64,000 nucleotides of DNA from Candidatus Dojkabacteria bacterium (GTDB lineage: Bacteria > Patescibacteriota > Dojkabacteria > B142 > WJKM01): the NCBI GenBank assembly GCA_014729085.1, contig WJKM01000019.1:836-64835 (forward strand), given 5' to 3'. Numbering within the stretch: the first letter of the stretch is position 1; each line of letters starts with the position of its first letter. The notes beneath the pieces are model-generated. The model saw only the letters and a program-made list of their open reading frames with translations. It did not search any database and had not been told where the DNA came from. Positions 9,673-19,147 of the stretch are shown one piece after another. The position numbers were made by a program, and so were the translations under genes.

Positions 9673-10506
9673 TTAATACAAATCAGATAATTTCTGCCTC
9701 AATTGCCTTAAGGCTTCTTTGACCTCTTCACCATCATCAGTCCAATCATGGTACTCGAATTTATTCTCCATAAAATCTACACCTTTTCCAGGAGTTGTAT
9801 GTGCAATAATTAAAGTAGGCTGTTTTTTAATCTTGTTTACAAATTCAAAACAAGATAATAAATGCTCTATATTATGACCGTTTACATCTAAAACCATCCA
9901 GCCAAAATCCTCATATTTATTTTTCAAATCACCCAGAGGCATAATATCTGAAATATTCCCATCTATTTGAATCTTGTTGTAATCAATTATGCCAACTAAA
10001 TTATCAAGGAAATATTTGGATGCTGACATTGCAGCTTCCCAAGTCTGTCCCTCTTGTTGTTCACCATCTGACATTATGCAGAAAACTTTATTCTTCATTT
10101 TTTTCATTTTCAGACCTAATGCAACTCCAACAGCTTGAGACAGACCATGCCCAAGCATACCGCTTGAATTCTCGACTCCAGGTATATTTATTTTGGGATG
10201 TCCCTGCAATAATGAATCAACTTTTCTGAGCTTATCTAGTTTTTTTCTATCAAAATATCCTATATTGGCTAAAATTGCGTACCAAATAGGACAGATATGG
10301 CCATTTGATACTAAAATGTAATCCCTTTCTTTCCAGTCTGGTTTTTTAGGATCAATATTGGCTATTTCATTGTATAAAAGAGTAAAAATCTCTGCCATGC
10401 CAAATGCACCCCCGACATGGCCGGATCCCGCTTTATCAAGCATTTTGATCACATCTATTTTCAGCTCTATAGATTTCTTTTTAAGTTCTTTGATTTTTTT
10501 ATTCAT
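9673..10506 (-). CDS. Transketolase, N-terminal section (thiamine diphosphate-binding)
   Basis: GHVGGAFGMAEIFTLLY, GHGLSQAVGVALG and the DGEQQEGQTWEA ThDP-binding region. Confidence 0.85.
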   Translation of the reverse strand: MNKKIKELKKKSIELKIDVIKMLDKAGSGHVGGAFGMAEIFTLLYNEIANIDPKKPDWKERDYILVSNGHICPIWYAILANIGYFDRKKLDKLRKVDSLLQGHPKINIPGVENSSGMLGHGLSQAVGVALGLKMKKMKNKVFCIMSDGEQQEGQTWEAAMSASKYFLDNLVGIIDYNKIQIDGNISDIMPLGDLKNKYEDFGWMVLDVNGHNIEHLLSCFEFVNKIKKQPTLIIAHTTPGKGVDFMENKFEYHDWTDDGEEVKEALRQLRQKLSDLY

Positions 10507-10525
10507 AATAAATTTTATATTATTT

Positions 10526-11020
10526 CTAAGTTACTTTTTTAGTCATATCAATAAAAGTTTCTTTATACCCGCTTTTCTTATATATGTCATGAGCAATATG
10601 ATTGCCCGCCGCAACTCCCAGTTTCAGTATTTTACATCCTTTCGAAAGCAAATATTTTTCCATTTTCTTAAAAAGAGTAGATCCAATCCCTTTGTTACGA
10701 TACTTCTCTTTAATAAAAATCCTTGAAATTTCGCCAACCTTGTTATCACCTAATTCAATCAAAGACCTTTCTGTTTTCTCTTTAATATAACAAGCTCCAA
10801 ATCCAATTAAATGTTCTTTATATTCTACTACATAAAAAATTCCATTATTAGAATTTACCTTATCCAAAATATATCTAACAAAAAACTCACCATAATTGGT
10901 ATCTGTTTTTCTTAAATCAAAAGGATACAATTTAATATGATAATCTTCATTGATAACCATTAAATTCAACAGATCTTGATAATCTGACTTATTATATTCC
11001 CTTATTTGATAACCTTGCAT
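10526..11020 (-). CDS. GNAT-family N-acetyltransferase
   Basis: RNKGIGSTLFKKMEKYLLSKGC (acetyl-CoA-binding motif A). Confidence 0.75.
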   Translation of the reverse strand: MQGYQIREYNKSDYQDLLNLMVINEDYHIKLYPFDLRKTDTNYGEFFVRYILDKVNSNNGIFYVVEYKEHLIGFGACYIKEKTERSLIELGDNKVGEISRIFIKEKYRNKGIGSTLFKKMEKYLLSKGCKILKLGVAAGNHIAHDIYKKSGYKETFIDMTKKVT

Positions 11021-11036
11021 AGCAATTATATTAAGT

Positions 11037-11531
11037 TTAGATTGCTTTAATCATCTCTCTAAAAAACACTTTATATCTATATTTTTTATACATATTAAAA
11101 GCTCTTTTATTAGGACCAAAGACACTAAGTAATATAAACTTGCATCCTTTTTGTTTTAACCAATCTTCCATTTTATCCATAAGCTCACTTCCAATTCCCT
11201 GATTTCTATAAATTTTCTTAATAAAAAACTTACTGATTTTACCAATTTTTTCTATTCGTAACTCCAGTAGTTCCTGATCATTATAAGTCTTTACATAACA
11301 GGAACCACAACCAATGACCTCATTCTTGTATTCAACTATATAAATCTTTCCCTTTCCACTAATATGCCTTTCTAATTGTTTCTTAATAATCACTTCTCCA
11401 TACCCGTTCTTTCTTTCCCTCAGTCCTGTAAAATCCATATTGATATGGAAATCCTGATTCTTTAGGAGTATTTCTTTCAAGGCTTCTCTATCCTCCTGAA
11501 TGTACTCTCTGATTTTATAATCCAAACTCAT
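11037..11531 (-). CDS. GNAT-family N-acetyltransferase (tandem paralogue)
   Basis: RNQGIGSELMDKMEDWLKQKGC; same length and architecture as the neighbouring GNAT. Confidence 0.75.
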   Translation of the reverse strand: MSLDYKIREYIQEDREALKEILLKNQDFHINMDFTGLRERKNGYGEVIIKKQLERHISGKGKIYIVEYKNEVIGCGSCYVKTYNDQELLELRIEKIGKISKFFIKKIYRNQGIGSELMDKMEDWLKQKGCKFILLSVFGPNKRAFNMYKKYRYKVFFREMIKAI

Positions 11532-11561
11532 GTTTAGTTATTAATAAAAATAATTTGATAT

Positions 11562-12182
11562 TTAAAGATTTTTTAAAAAAATTCTCAACTCTTTATATAT
11601 TTCCGCATGCCCTTTAGCGTTTGCATGAAGACCATCTTCTGCAAGATAAGAGTTATAGTCTATTTTCAACCATTTGCTCATAATATCTAGATAAGGTATT
11701 TCGTTTTCTTTACAAATTTCTTTTGCAATATTTTCGTACTTAATAACCTCGTATAGCAAATAATATATGTCTTTTCCTTGGATCGGTGTTGTCTTTGAGT
11801 CATCTATTGGATATACACCAATGAAAATAGTATCAGCAATTTCTAATGATTTTTCTATTATCTTTTTGATATTTTTTTTATAGAGATCTTCAAAAATATC
11901 GGGCGGATTATTTTTATCTTCAACTCTCTTACAATCATTGGAACCAAGAGACCATATAATAAGCCTGGGATTCCTAGGTATTATTTCTTCGGACATACGT
12001 TCTAAATAATCATTAGTGTTATTTCCAGATATTCCCAAGTTATAGACTTTTGTGTTCTTTAATTGTTGCGACTCAAGCCACATCCTAAATCTATGAACAA
12101 ACCCACCTTCTTCAGTATCGCACCTACCATAAACGGAGCTAGCACCAATAAATACAACGGGTCCCTCGAGTTTCATCTTCAT
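11562..12182 (-). CDS. SGNH/GDSL-family hydrolase
   Basis: GASSVYG (block I Ser), GSNDC (block III) and DGLH (block V). Confidence 0.75.
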   Translation of the reverse strand: MKMKLEGPVVFIGASSVYGRCDTEEGGFVHRFRMWLESQQLKNTKVYNLGISGNNTNDYLERMSEEIIPRNPRLIIWSLGSNDCKRVEDKNNPPDIFEDLYKKNIKKIIEKSLEIADTIFIGVYPIDDSKTTPIQGKDIYYLLYEVIKYENIAKEICKENEIPYLDIMSKWLKIDYNSYLAEDGLHANAKGHAEIYKELRIFLKNL

Positions 12183-12270
12183 ATTTTTTGTAAATATTAA
12201 TATATAGTATAATTTTCCTGCATATTTCCCAAATATTTGGAAATTAAAAATTATTTATTAATTAGATTAT

Positions 12271-13425
12271 ATGAAAATTAGAAAAATATTTCCTTTAGTA
12301 TTCATAATTTCTTTTATAGTTATAGGAGCAACTTTTTATTATAAAAACATTTCAGCAGCTACAAAAGAATACAAAATAGGAGATCAAGGCATACGTCTAA
12401 CCCTAGGATACTGCGACTTTGATTTGATGTGGTGTTATGGTGAAGAAGGTGATCCTCAACTCGAAGTAGAAAGTGGAGTTTCTCAATGGATTACAATGTA
12501 TACGCAGTACAACGATGCCGATGCTTGTATCTCGACTACATTAGAATATCCAAGTAATGATATGATTCTTGTGAATTCGGCTTCCAGACCATATAAAGTA
12601 TCCTCTGAAATCAAGGATGGTTCTATGATTCAGCATTCAATACTTACTCAAGCAGGAGGGGACAGATTTACTCCTACAAGTCAACAAACTCTTATGGATT
12701 GGACTTTTTATATAAATCCATCTCAGCCAAAAACAATAACTCTTTATCAGAATGTAGAAATATATGATTCAACATGCACAACAAAGCAGGAAACTTTGTC
12801 TATTCCTCTCGAGATTATTGTAACTACAGGATCTGGTGAACAACAACCAAGCGATAAATTAACGGACATAAATGGTGATCAATTTGAAACTTATATTAGA
12901 AGTCTTGCAAATGAATTAATTGTATCTGGATATTCCGATAATACATATAGATCGGGAACTCATGTTACGAGAAATCAAATGGCTAAATTTGTAACCAATG
13001 CATTTAATTTTACTGTCAATCGTGGTGGTACTGCATTTCCTGACGTTCCAATCAATGAGGATGCTTTCAATCCGATAGAACTTGCCTGGTATGTACAAAC
13101 TTTAAAAAATCTTGAAATCATCAGCGGATATTCAGATGGATATTACAAACCTGAAAATCTTGTAACTAGAGGTCAGGTTACAAAATATATAGTTAATTCC
13201 TTAATTGAAAAAGGCGTATCTGTTGATTTATCACTAACACCTAACTATCCTGATGTACCAGCTGACCATACTTTTGCAAAAGAGATAGCGTATCTCTCAA
13301 GTGTTACAGTAGATGGAGAAAAAGTTATTAGAGGTTACTCTAATGGAAATTATGGTCCAGATGATCCACTAACAAGAGGACAAATGGCAAAAATAATTGA
13401 CAACTCAAGAAAAATCTTAGATTAA
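12271..13425 (+). CDS. Cell-surface protein with N-terminal signal/anchor and three C-terminal SLH (S-layer homology) domains
   Basis: Hydrophobic N-terminus. Repeats GYSDNTYRSGTHVTRNQMAKFV, GYSDGYYKPENLVTRGQVTKYI and GYSNGNYGPDDPLTRGQMAKII match the SLH consensus. Confidence 0.7.
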   Translation: MKIRKIFPLVFIISFIVIGATFYYKNISAATKEYKIGDQGIRLTLGYCDFDLMWCYGEEGDPQLEVESGVSQWITMYTQYNDADACISTTLEYPSNDMILVNSASRPYKVSSEIKDGSMIQHSILTQAGGDRFTPTSQQTLMDWTFYINPSQPKTITLYQNVEIYDSTCTTKQETLSIPLEIIVTTGSGEQQPSDKLTDINGDQFETYIRSLANELIVSGYSDNTYRSGTHVTRNQMAKFVTNAFNFTVNRGGTAFPDVPINEDAFNPIELAWYVQTLKNLEIISGYSDGYYKPENLVTRGQVTKYIVNSLIEKGVSVDLSLTPNYPDVPADHTFAKEIAYLSSVTVDGEKVIRGYSNGNYGPDDPLTRGQMAKIIDNSRKILD

Positions 13426-13463
13426 CTTTAAACTTGAACAGGGACATATTGTCCCTGTTCAAA

Positions 13464-14756
13464 TCATACTGCTTTAAATCTTTCAATTAAGGATTTCGTA
13501 ATATATTCATCTTCTCCAAAAACACTTATCATAGATAAATTATCACCTCCATCGGTTCCAGGATCTTGAACCACCACAATAATACCTTCCGGATTACCAT
13601 TCTGATTTAACCTAAATCCTTTAGGCTGACCTGTGCTCGTATCATAACTTATCAAGCCTAGACCTAACTCGTCGAGATGCTGTTGAAGTTCTTTACCATT
13701 ATAATTTGGTACTTCATTTTCATATAACAATGCAGTTTCTGCAAACTTTGGTTCTAATCCCGCCTCTCTTAAAACTTCCATTTGATAATACAAATACATA
13801 TTACCTGGCATTCTGATATTTGGATCAAGCAGTGCCATTTCCTCTTCATCAGATTCATTCTTATAGATTGCAAAATCAAGTCCAAAAATAACAGGTTTTG
13901 AACCAAATCTCTCTTCCAGTATCCCAGCAAATTTATCAGCATAAATAAGAGCTTCCCGAGTGAATTTATCGGTATTTTCGGGATTACCATTTCTATATGG
14001 TAAAGTGTTTCCTCTCCATCTATTGTCATCTTCTGGTTTATCCCTTTCTTTCATGACTCCAAGTACTCCATTCATATACTGAACAGACATTGTGTGATCG
14101 ATATCAAGTCTTTCCTCTACAACTACGGGAAAACTTTCTACTTCTTCAAAATTTGTAGTGATCCCATTCCCATCTGTACCACCTGGGTCTTTAAAAATAC
14201 AGTCTTTACCTAACTTTTTGAAAAGTAAAATGATTCTTTGAGCTTCTTCCTTTGTTTTACAAAGTGCTCCGGGAGCAACTGGAATTCCTTCAACACTCCC
14301 AGTGTTTTCTAATTCTATTGGGTTATTTATATTTTTGGAACTTCGATGTAAAACTTCTTTACCAATATTGAGAGATGAGGGATTTCCAATAATCTTTGCT
14401 CCTCCTACCTGCTCGATTTCACGCTCAATTTCATTACTATTCCTATACAAAAAAATGCTTGGACTATCAATTCCATATCTAGATTCCAAAAGATCAATAT
14501 TATCAAGATCTATAATTTTATATTCAATGTCAAGCACATCATGAAAATCCATAGCTGTCCAGATGGAATTTTGAAGTACCGAGTCCTCTCCTTTCCTTAT
14601 TAAGTCGCCAAGCCGGGCCCGAAGAGCCGGGGCCATATGTGCTCCGCGACCTCGAACCCACTCTGCATATTTCTCCGGTATTCCAAACGGTTCCGGATAT
14701 GAAATAAGATTATTCTCCTTCACTATTTGGTTGTATGTTCTTGTTTCATAGGTCAT
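13464..14756 (-). CDS. Hypothetical enzyme, possibly an ATP-dependent (ATP-grasp-like) ligase, operonic with a racemase
   Basis: 430 aa with Gly-rich GGTDGNGITT and GTDGGDN segments, immediately downstream of a racemase gene. Family assignment is inference. Confidence 0.35.
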   Translation of the reverse strand: MTYETRTYNQIVKENNLISYPEPFGIPEKYAEWVRGRGAHMAPALRARLGDLIRKGEDSVLQNSIWTAMDFHDVLDIEYKIIDLDNIDLLESRYGIDSPSIFLYRNSNEIEREIEQVGGAKIIGNPSSLNIGKEVLHRSSKNINNPIELENTGSVEGIPVAPGALCKTKEEAQRIILLFKKLGKDCIFKDPGGTDGNGITTNFEEVESFPVVVEERLDIDHTMSVQYMNGVLGVMKERDKPEDDNRWRGNTLPYRNGNPENTDKFTREALIYADKFAGILEERFGSKPVIFGLDFAIYKNESDEEEMALLDPNIRMPGNMYLYYQMEVLREAGLEPKFAETALLYENEVPNYNGKELQQHLDELGLGLISYDTSTGQPKGFRLNQNGNPEGIIVVVQDPGTDGGDNLSMISVFGEDEYITKSLIERFKAV

Positions 14757-14797
14757 CTCATCAGTAGATAATATACTAAAAATATTGAACCTGCTGT

Positions 14798-15517
14798 TTA
14801 ATTATTTCTGTAGTAATAGTCAACTATATTTTCGGCTAAAACTTCCATGGAGTTTATAACTCTACCTCCAAGAGCTTCATAATTAATAGCTAAAGGTAAT
14901 TCGGTACATCCCAAAATTATGCCCTCAGCTCCCTTATCAATAAAATCATTAAGAATATTGATATATTTTTTTCTCTCCTTTCCGTTATCTTCTCCGGCCA
15001 TTATTAACCCTATTATTTCTTTTATTGTATTTTGTTGATTCGAATCCGGAATAATTGGTTTAATCCCTTCTGCCATTAACGCTTGAGAGTACAGTCCATA
15101 TTTTAAAGCAACCGGACTTGCTAATACTCCAACTTTTTTATATTCAAGGTTACGGACTTCCTTAACTACTGACTCAATAATTGAAATAAATTCGATATTG
15201 GTCTTTTCCTGTAATTCATTTAACAAAACATGAACTGTGTTACATGCAATACATAGCTTTTTCGCTCCTGCATTTTCAAGTATCTTTACAGACTTAGTAA
15301 GCATTTCGGTTGACTGCGAAATCATTTCTGTATTTGAAATAAAATCAGGTATGGGTATAGATTCAATAATCATATATGGGTAATCCTCATTTTTTTCAGC
15401 TCCATATTTTCTTTGTGATTGTTTAGTAATATAGTTATAAAAACACATTGTTGCCTGTGGACCTACCCCTCCTATAATTCCTATTTTTTTCGTTTTTATT
15501 GTTTTACTATTTTTCAT
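14798..15517 (-). CDS. Aspartate/glutamate racemase family protein (second copy)
   Basis: IGIIGGVGPQATMCFY. Start placed at MKNSK, because the longer track ORF runs into a terminator hairpin. Confidence 0.8.
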   Translation of the reverse strand: MKNSKTIKTKKIGIIGGVGPQATMCFYNYITKQSQRKYGAEKNEDYPYMIIESIPIPDFISNTEMISQSTEMLTKSVKILENAGAKKLCIACNTVHVLLNELQEKTNIEFISIIESVVKEVRNLEYKKVGVLASPVALKYGLYSQALMAEGIKPIIPDSNQQNTIKEIIGLIMAGEDNGKERKKYINILNDFIDKGAEGIILGCTELPLAINYEALGGRVINSMEVLAENIVDYYYRNN

Positions 15518-15543
15518 GGACAAATAAATATTCAAATTAAAAT

Positions 15544-15570
15544 AAAAAAATCTCCGAATACGGAGATTTT
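15544..15570. terminator. Bidirectional-looking terminator (A7 + tctccg-aata-cggaga + T4)
   Basis: Perfect 6-bp stem flanked by an A-tract and a T-tract, between the racemase start and the trpR-like gene end. Confidence 0.6.
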
Positions 15571-15661
15571 CAAATAAACACAATTATACCCGTACTCAGC
15601 AGAGTCGAGTTTTCCACCATTTGTTATTTATTTGTTTAAAAAATTTGTTGTACATATTTAT

Positions 15662-15970
15662 TTACTTTTGTAAAATTTTGAACCTTCCTTTTTGTAATTC
15701 TTTGGATCCTCTTGTTACAGTTGCAATACCAACGCCTAATTCTTCCGCTATTTCTCTCTGAGGAATTCCCTGAATCAACATTTTTACTATTTGAACTCTG
15801 ATTGGAATATCCCTAATCTCTTTAAATGTCAACAATCCTTCTAAAAAATCTGCCATTACTTCTTTATCCTCTATTTTTAAAAGTATTTCAACCAATTCAT
15901 TTAAAAATTGTTTGTTTTTTGTATCTTTGTACATACGTACTAGTATACTAGAATTCAAATATTTTGTCAA
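15662..15970 (-). CDS. TrpR/YerC-YecD-family DNA-binding protein
   Basis: IPQREIAEELGVGIATVTRGSKEL helix-turn-helix, characteristic of the Trp-repressor-like YerC family. Confidence 0.7.
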   Translation of the reverse strand: MTKYLNSSILVRMYKDTKNKQFLNELVEILLKIEDKEVMADFLEGLLTFKEIRDIPIRVQIVKMLIQGIPQREIAEELGVGIATVTRGSKELQKGRFKILQK

Positions 15971-16062
15971 CTAATATTTATATAAGCTACAATGATGTAT
16001 ATCTTTACTTTTAATTAAAAAAATCTAATAATAGAATACTTATATATTTTATTTTCACTAAT

Positions 16063-17745
16063 ATGAAAAAAATCAACGTTCAACTTATTATTGCATTCAT
16101 CTTCTTAGTATTTTTTGTTCCCTTAAATCAAGTCTCAGCAGAAGCTTCCGGAGAAATAATCGAAGATGGTACTGTGGATTACGCCGATATCGATCCAGAA
16201 AGTGATATCGTAACTGAATGTATGGGAGTATTTGTAGATATGAACCAAGCAGACATTTTTTGTCCCTATGCTGAATACCTATATCATCAGAAAGTAATTT
16301 CTGGAAATCAACAAAGGGAATATATGGCCGAAAATTCTTTGACTAGAGGAGCACTTGCAAAATATGTTGTAAATGCTTTTGATATTCCAATTAAACTTGA
16401 AACTGAACCATTCCCAGATGTTTCCGAAGATCACACCTTTTATAACTATATTATGGCTCTAAAACATGCAGGAATAATTAATGGTTATTCCGATGGTAAT
16501 TATAAACCGGATAGATATGTAACTCGAGGAGAACTTTCAAAATTTATAGTTAATGTAACAGAATCTGAAAAACCGGATTTATTTGCCAACATTTGTGTTT
16601 GCGAAAAAATAACCTTAGAGGATGGCGAGTCGATTTATGCATGTCCTAAATGTGCCAAAGACGTAGAGGTTTTCCCAGATGTAACTTTTGAAAATGTCTT
16701 CTATACATATATTATTAAATTGTATAGTGCAACTAAAGACGATAATAATTTTTTAAAAATTATTGGGGGTTATTCCGATGGTACTTTTCGACCAGAAGCA
16801 AATGTAACAAGAGGACAAGTTGCAAAAATCGTAGCAAATACAATGAAATTTGGTTCTTTTAGAAATATCAAATGTGCACGCTATTTTTGCCAGGATAGAT
16901 TTGATGAAAACTTGCTGGAACCTGATTTACCTGAAAATATGGAGGTAATAAAGGATTTTTCGAATATTTCTAATGCACAGATCTCAGATATTGAAATAGT
17001 AAATTCAGATGTCTACATATCAGATTATGGAAATGGAGAAATATATAAATTAAATCAATATGGAGATAATTCAGAAACTATAGCTCAAAACCTTACTTCA
17101 CCTTTATCAATATCTGTCTCAGATCTAAATGAATTACTATTTATTCAAGATAATTCAGATCAGGTTGTAGGAATAGTTAAGCTAGATTCAAATAATGAAC
17201 TTAGATTTATTGATGGTGTTACACAATCCAATCTAGGTGACGCCTTCGAACTAGACGCTTATACAGTTGGTACCAATGATTATCGTGTCTATGCAATCAC
17301 TACCTCAAACTTAGTAAAACAGATGAATCAAAGTGGAGATTCTTATGGATTACCAAGTTTACGTATGGACCGAAACGATCTCAACCAACTTCAGGATATT
17401 GAAATATACGATGGAAGAATATATCTCGTTATTCAAGATCAAGGATTTGTTACATATTATGGAAGCTCACAAGAAACAAATACAATCTCGGGCCTTCCAG
17501 AAGAAGGTACTTTAGATAATGTTTCTAGTATTTCCATTAAAAATGGATATATTTATCTCGGTGATTCAATCAATGAGAAAATATATGAATTAAAAATGAG
17601 TGATTTTAGTAATTCAGTTATTGATTTTACTAATCAATATGATTTATCAAATATTTCAGGAGAGATTCATGATCTGGTTCCTGATAATACAAATACATAT
17701 CTGTATGTGATTGTAGATAATAAATTAGTAAAAATTGGATTATAA
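16063..17745 (+). CDS. Secreted surface protein: signal peptide, three SLH domains, C-terminal repeat (beta-propeller-like) region
   Basis: Signal peptide MKKINVQLIIAFIFLVFFVPLNQVSA. SLH-like repeats NSLTRGALAKYVVNAF, GYSDGNYKPDRYVTRGELSKFIVN and GYSDGTFRPEANVTRGQVAKIVAN. C-terminal repeated YI/IY-D motifs. Confidence 0.7.
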   Translation: MKKINVQLIIAFIFLVFFVPLNQVSAEASGEIIEDGTVDYADIDPESDIVTECMGVFVDMNQADIFCPYAEYLYHQKVISGNQQREYMAENSLTRGALAKYVVNAFDIPIKLETEPFPDVSEDHTFYNYIMALKHAGIINGYSDGNYKPDRYVTRGELSKFIVNVTESEKPDLFANICVCEKITLEDGESIYACPKCAKDVEVFPDVTFENVFYTYIIKLYSATKDDNNFLKIIGGYSDGTFRPEANVTRGQVAKIVANTMKFGSFRNIKCARYFCQDRFDENLLEPDLPENMEVIKDFSNISNAQISDIEIVNSDVYISDYGNGEIYKLNQYGDNSETIAQNLTSPLSISVSDLNELLFIQDNSDQVVGIVKLDSNNELRFIDGVTQSNLGDAFELDAYTVGTNDYRVYAITTSNLVKQMNQSGDSYGLPSLRMDRNDLNQLQDIEIYDGRIYLVIQDQGFVTYYGSSQETNTISGLPEEGTLDNVSSISIKNGYIYLGDSINEKIYELKMSDFSNSVIDFTNQYDLSNISGEIHDLVPDNTNTYLYVIVDNKLVKIGL

Positions 17746-17768
17746 ATATTACCTCTGTGATTGTTTTC

Positions 17769-17800
17769 AAAAAGAGTAAGTAAACACTTACTCTTTTTTT
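17769..17800. terminator. Bidirectional terminator (agagtaagt-aaaca-cttactct flanked by A- and T-tracts)
   Basis: Perfect 8-9-bp stem with A5 upstream and T7 downstream. Confidence 0.65.
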
Positions 17801-17901
17801 ATTGTCTTCCAGATATCTAAGAACTAATCATGATTATATATAGACAGTATATATAAACTTATAGTATAATAATATATATTATATTATCAATATATATTAT
17901 T

Positions 17902-19146
17902 ATGGAAGATACAATCCTTAATATTGAATCCACTATAAACCCTACACTCTTCGGAATGTGGGATCATGATGGTGATGGAATTGGATTTTTTACTGAAATC
18001 CGATATGGCACAAATCCCAATTTAGCAGATACTGATGGTGATAATTTGGGCGATTATATAGAGATATACGATCCAATGTTTGATCCTACAAATAAAGACT
18101 CTGATGGCGATAATATATATGACTATACTGAATACCATTTACAACAGAGGCTCAATCCTAAGCTCAGAAATCGCATAGTTTTTAGCACAACACCAGATGA
18201 AGGATCTGAGGAGATAATGACTCCATTTGTTGGGGATCTAGACGACGAGATAATTACTACAATAGCAAACTCCTTAAATAATTTATCTGATCAACTTCCG
18301 CTTACTTGTGAGGATTTAATTGATCAATCTAATCCTCAACTAATTGTGAATCTATTCAACCATTACGAAGGACGTGGAGGCTTTGTCGAATTTCCAGATA
18401 AAGCTCCAAATATAATTAATATTGGTTTAAATACTAATCTATCTCTTAGGAATATAATAGCTCATGAATCATCTCATGCTTTATGTGATATCTCTACTGA
18501 TAATAGAGATACACCGACTTATGATCCACTAACTATTCCGCTCGAATATCGCCACTCAAGTAGAAACTTTGAAGTACATGGAATAAGAGAAGGACAACTT
18601 TTATTATCAGTTTATAACGAAAAAAAGGCATCCGAAATAAGAGAATGGCTTTCTTTCCAATATGGTGTAGAAGAATCTGCTCAAATTGGTGATAATGAAA
18701 TATTTCAAGTTCACACCCTATATTTCGATAATACTTTAATGGAAGTAAATGCAGTTTTTAATACTTATAGAGACTCAGAAGGCAAAATTGATCTTAGTGC
18801 ATTAGAAAGTGATTACGAAAGAAAAGCTTTAACTTTTTATGAAGAAATAAGCTCATATATAGAAAACATTTCTGGAAAAAATATGGACTTAAATGAATTC
18901 GGAAGGCTCATAAATGAATCACACAGTTATCCAGATCATAATGCTTCAGGAGATGTACTAACATATTTTTACGAAGCTTTGATCGAATATGCAGGGATTG
19001 AAGATGATCCAAATGCTAGACTTGATCTAAATAACAGAATTATGAATAGCTTGGGTAAATACATATTCATTGGACCAAGTAATATAATAACTAGACCTAA
19101 TGAAAATATTAATATAGAAAAATATTTCGAGTTACAGGATTATTAA
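17902..19146 (+). CDS. Hypothetical protein with Asp-rich calcium-binding (thrombospondin-type-3-like) repeats and an HExxH motif
   Basis: DHDGDGIGFF, DTDGDNLGDY and DSDGDNIYDY repeats; IAHESSHALCD. No obvious signal peptide at the annotated start. Confidence 0.5.
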   Translation: MEDTILNIESTINPTLFGMWDHDGDGIGFFTEIRYGTNPNLADTDGDNLGDYIEIYDPMFDPTNKDSDGDNIYDYTEYHLQQRLNPKLRNRIVFSTTPDEGSEEIMTPFVGDLDDEIITTIANSLNNLSDQLPLTCEDLIDQSNPQLIVNLFNHYEGRGGFVEFPDKAPNIINIGLNTNLSLRNIIAHESSHALCDISTDNRDTPTYDPLTIPLEYRHSSRNFEVHGIREGQLLLSVYNEKKASEIREWLSFQYGVEESAQIGDNEIFQVHTLYFDNTLMEVNAVFNTYRDSEGKIDLSALESDYERKALTFYEEISSYIENISGKNMDLNEFGRLINESHSYPDHNASGDVLTYFYEALIEYAGIEDDPNARLDLNNRIMNSLGKYIFIGPSNIITRPNENINIEKYFELQDY

Positions 19147-19147
19147 T

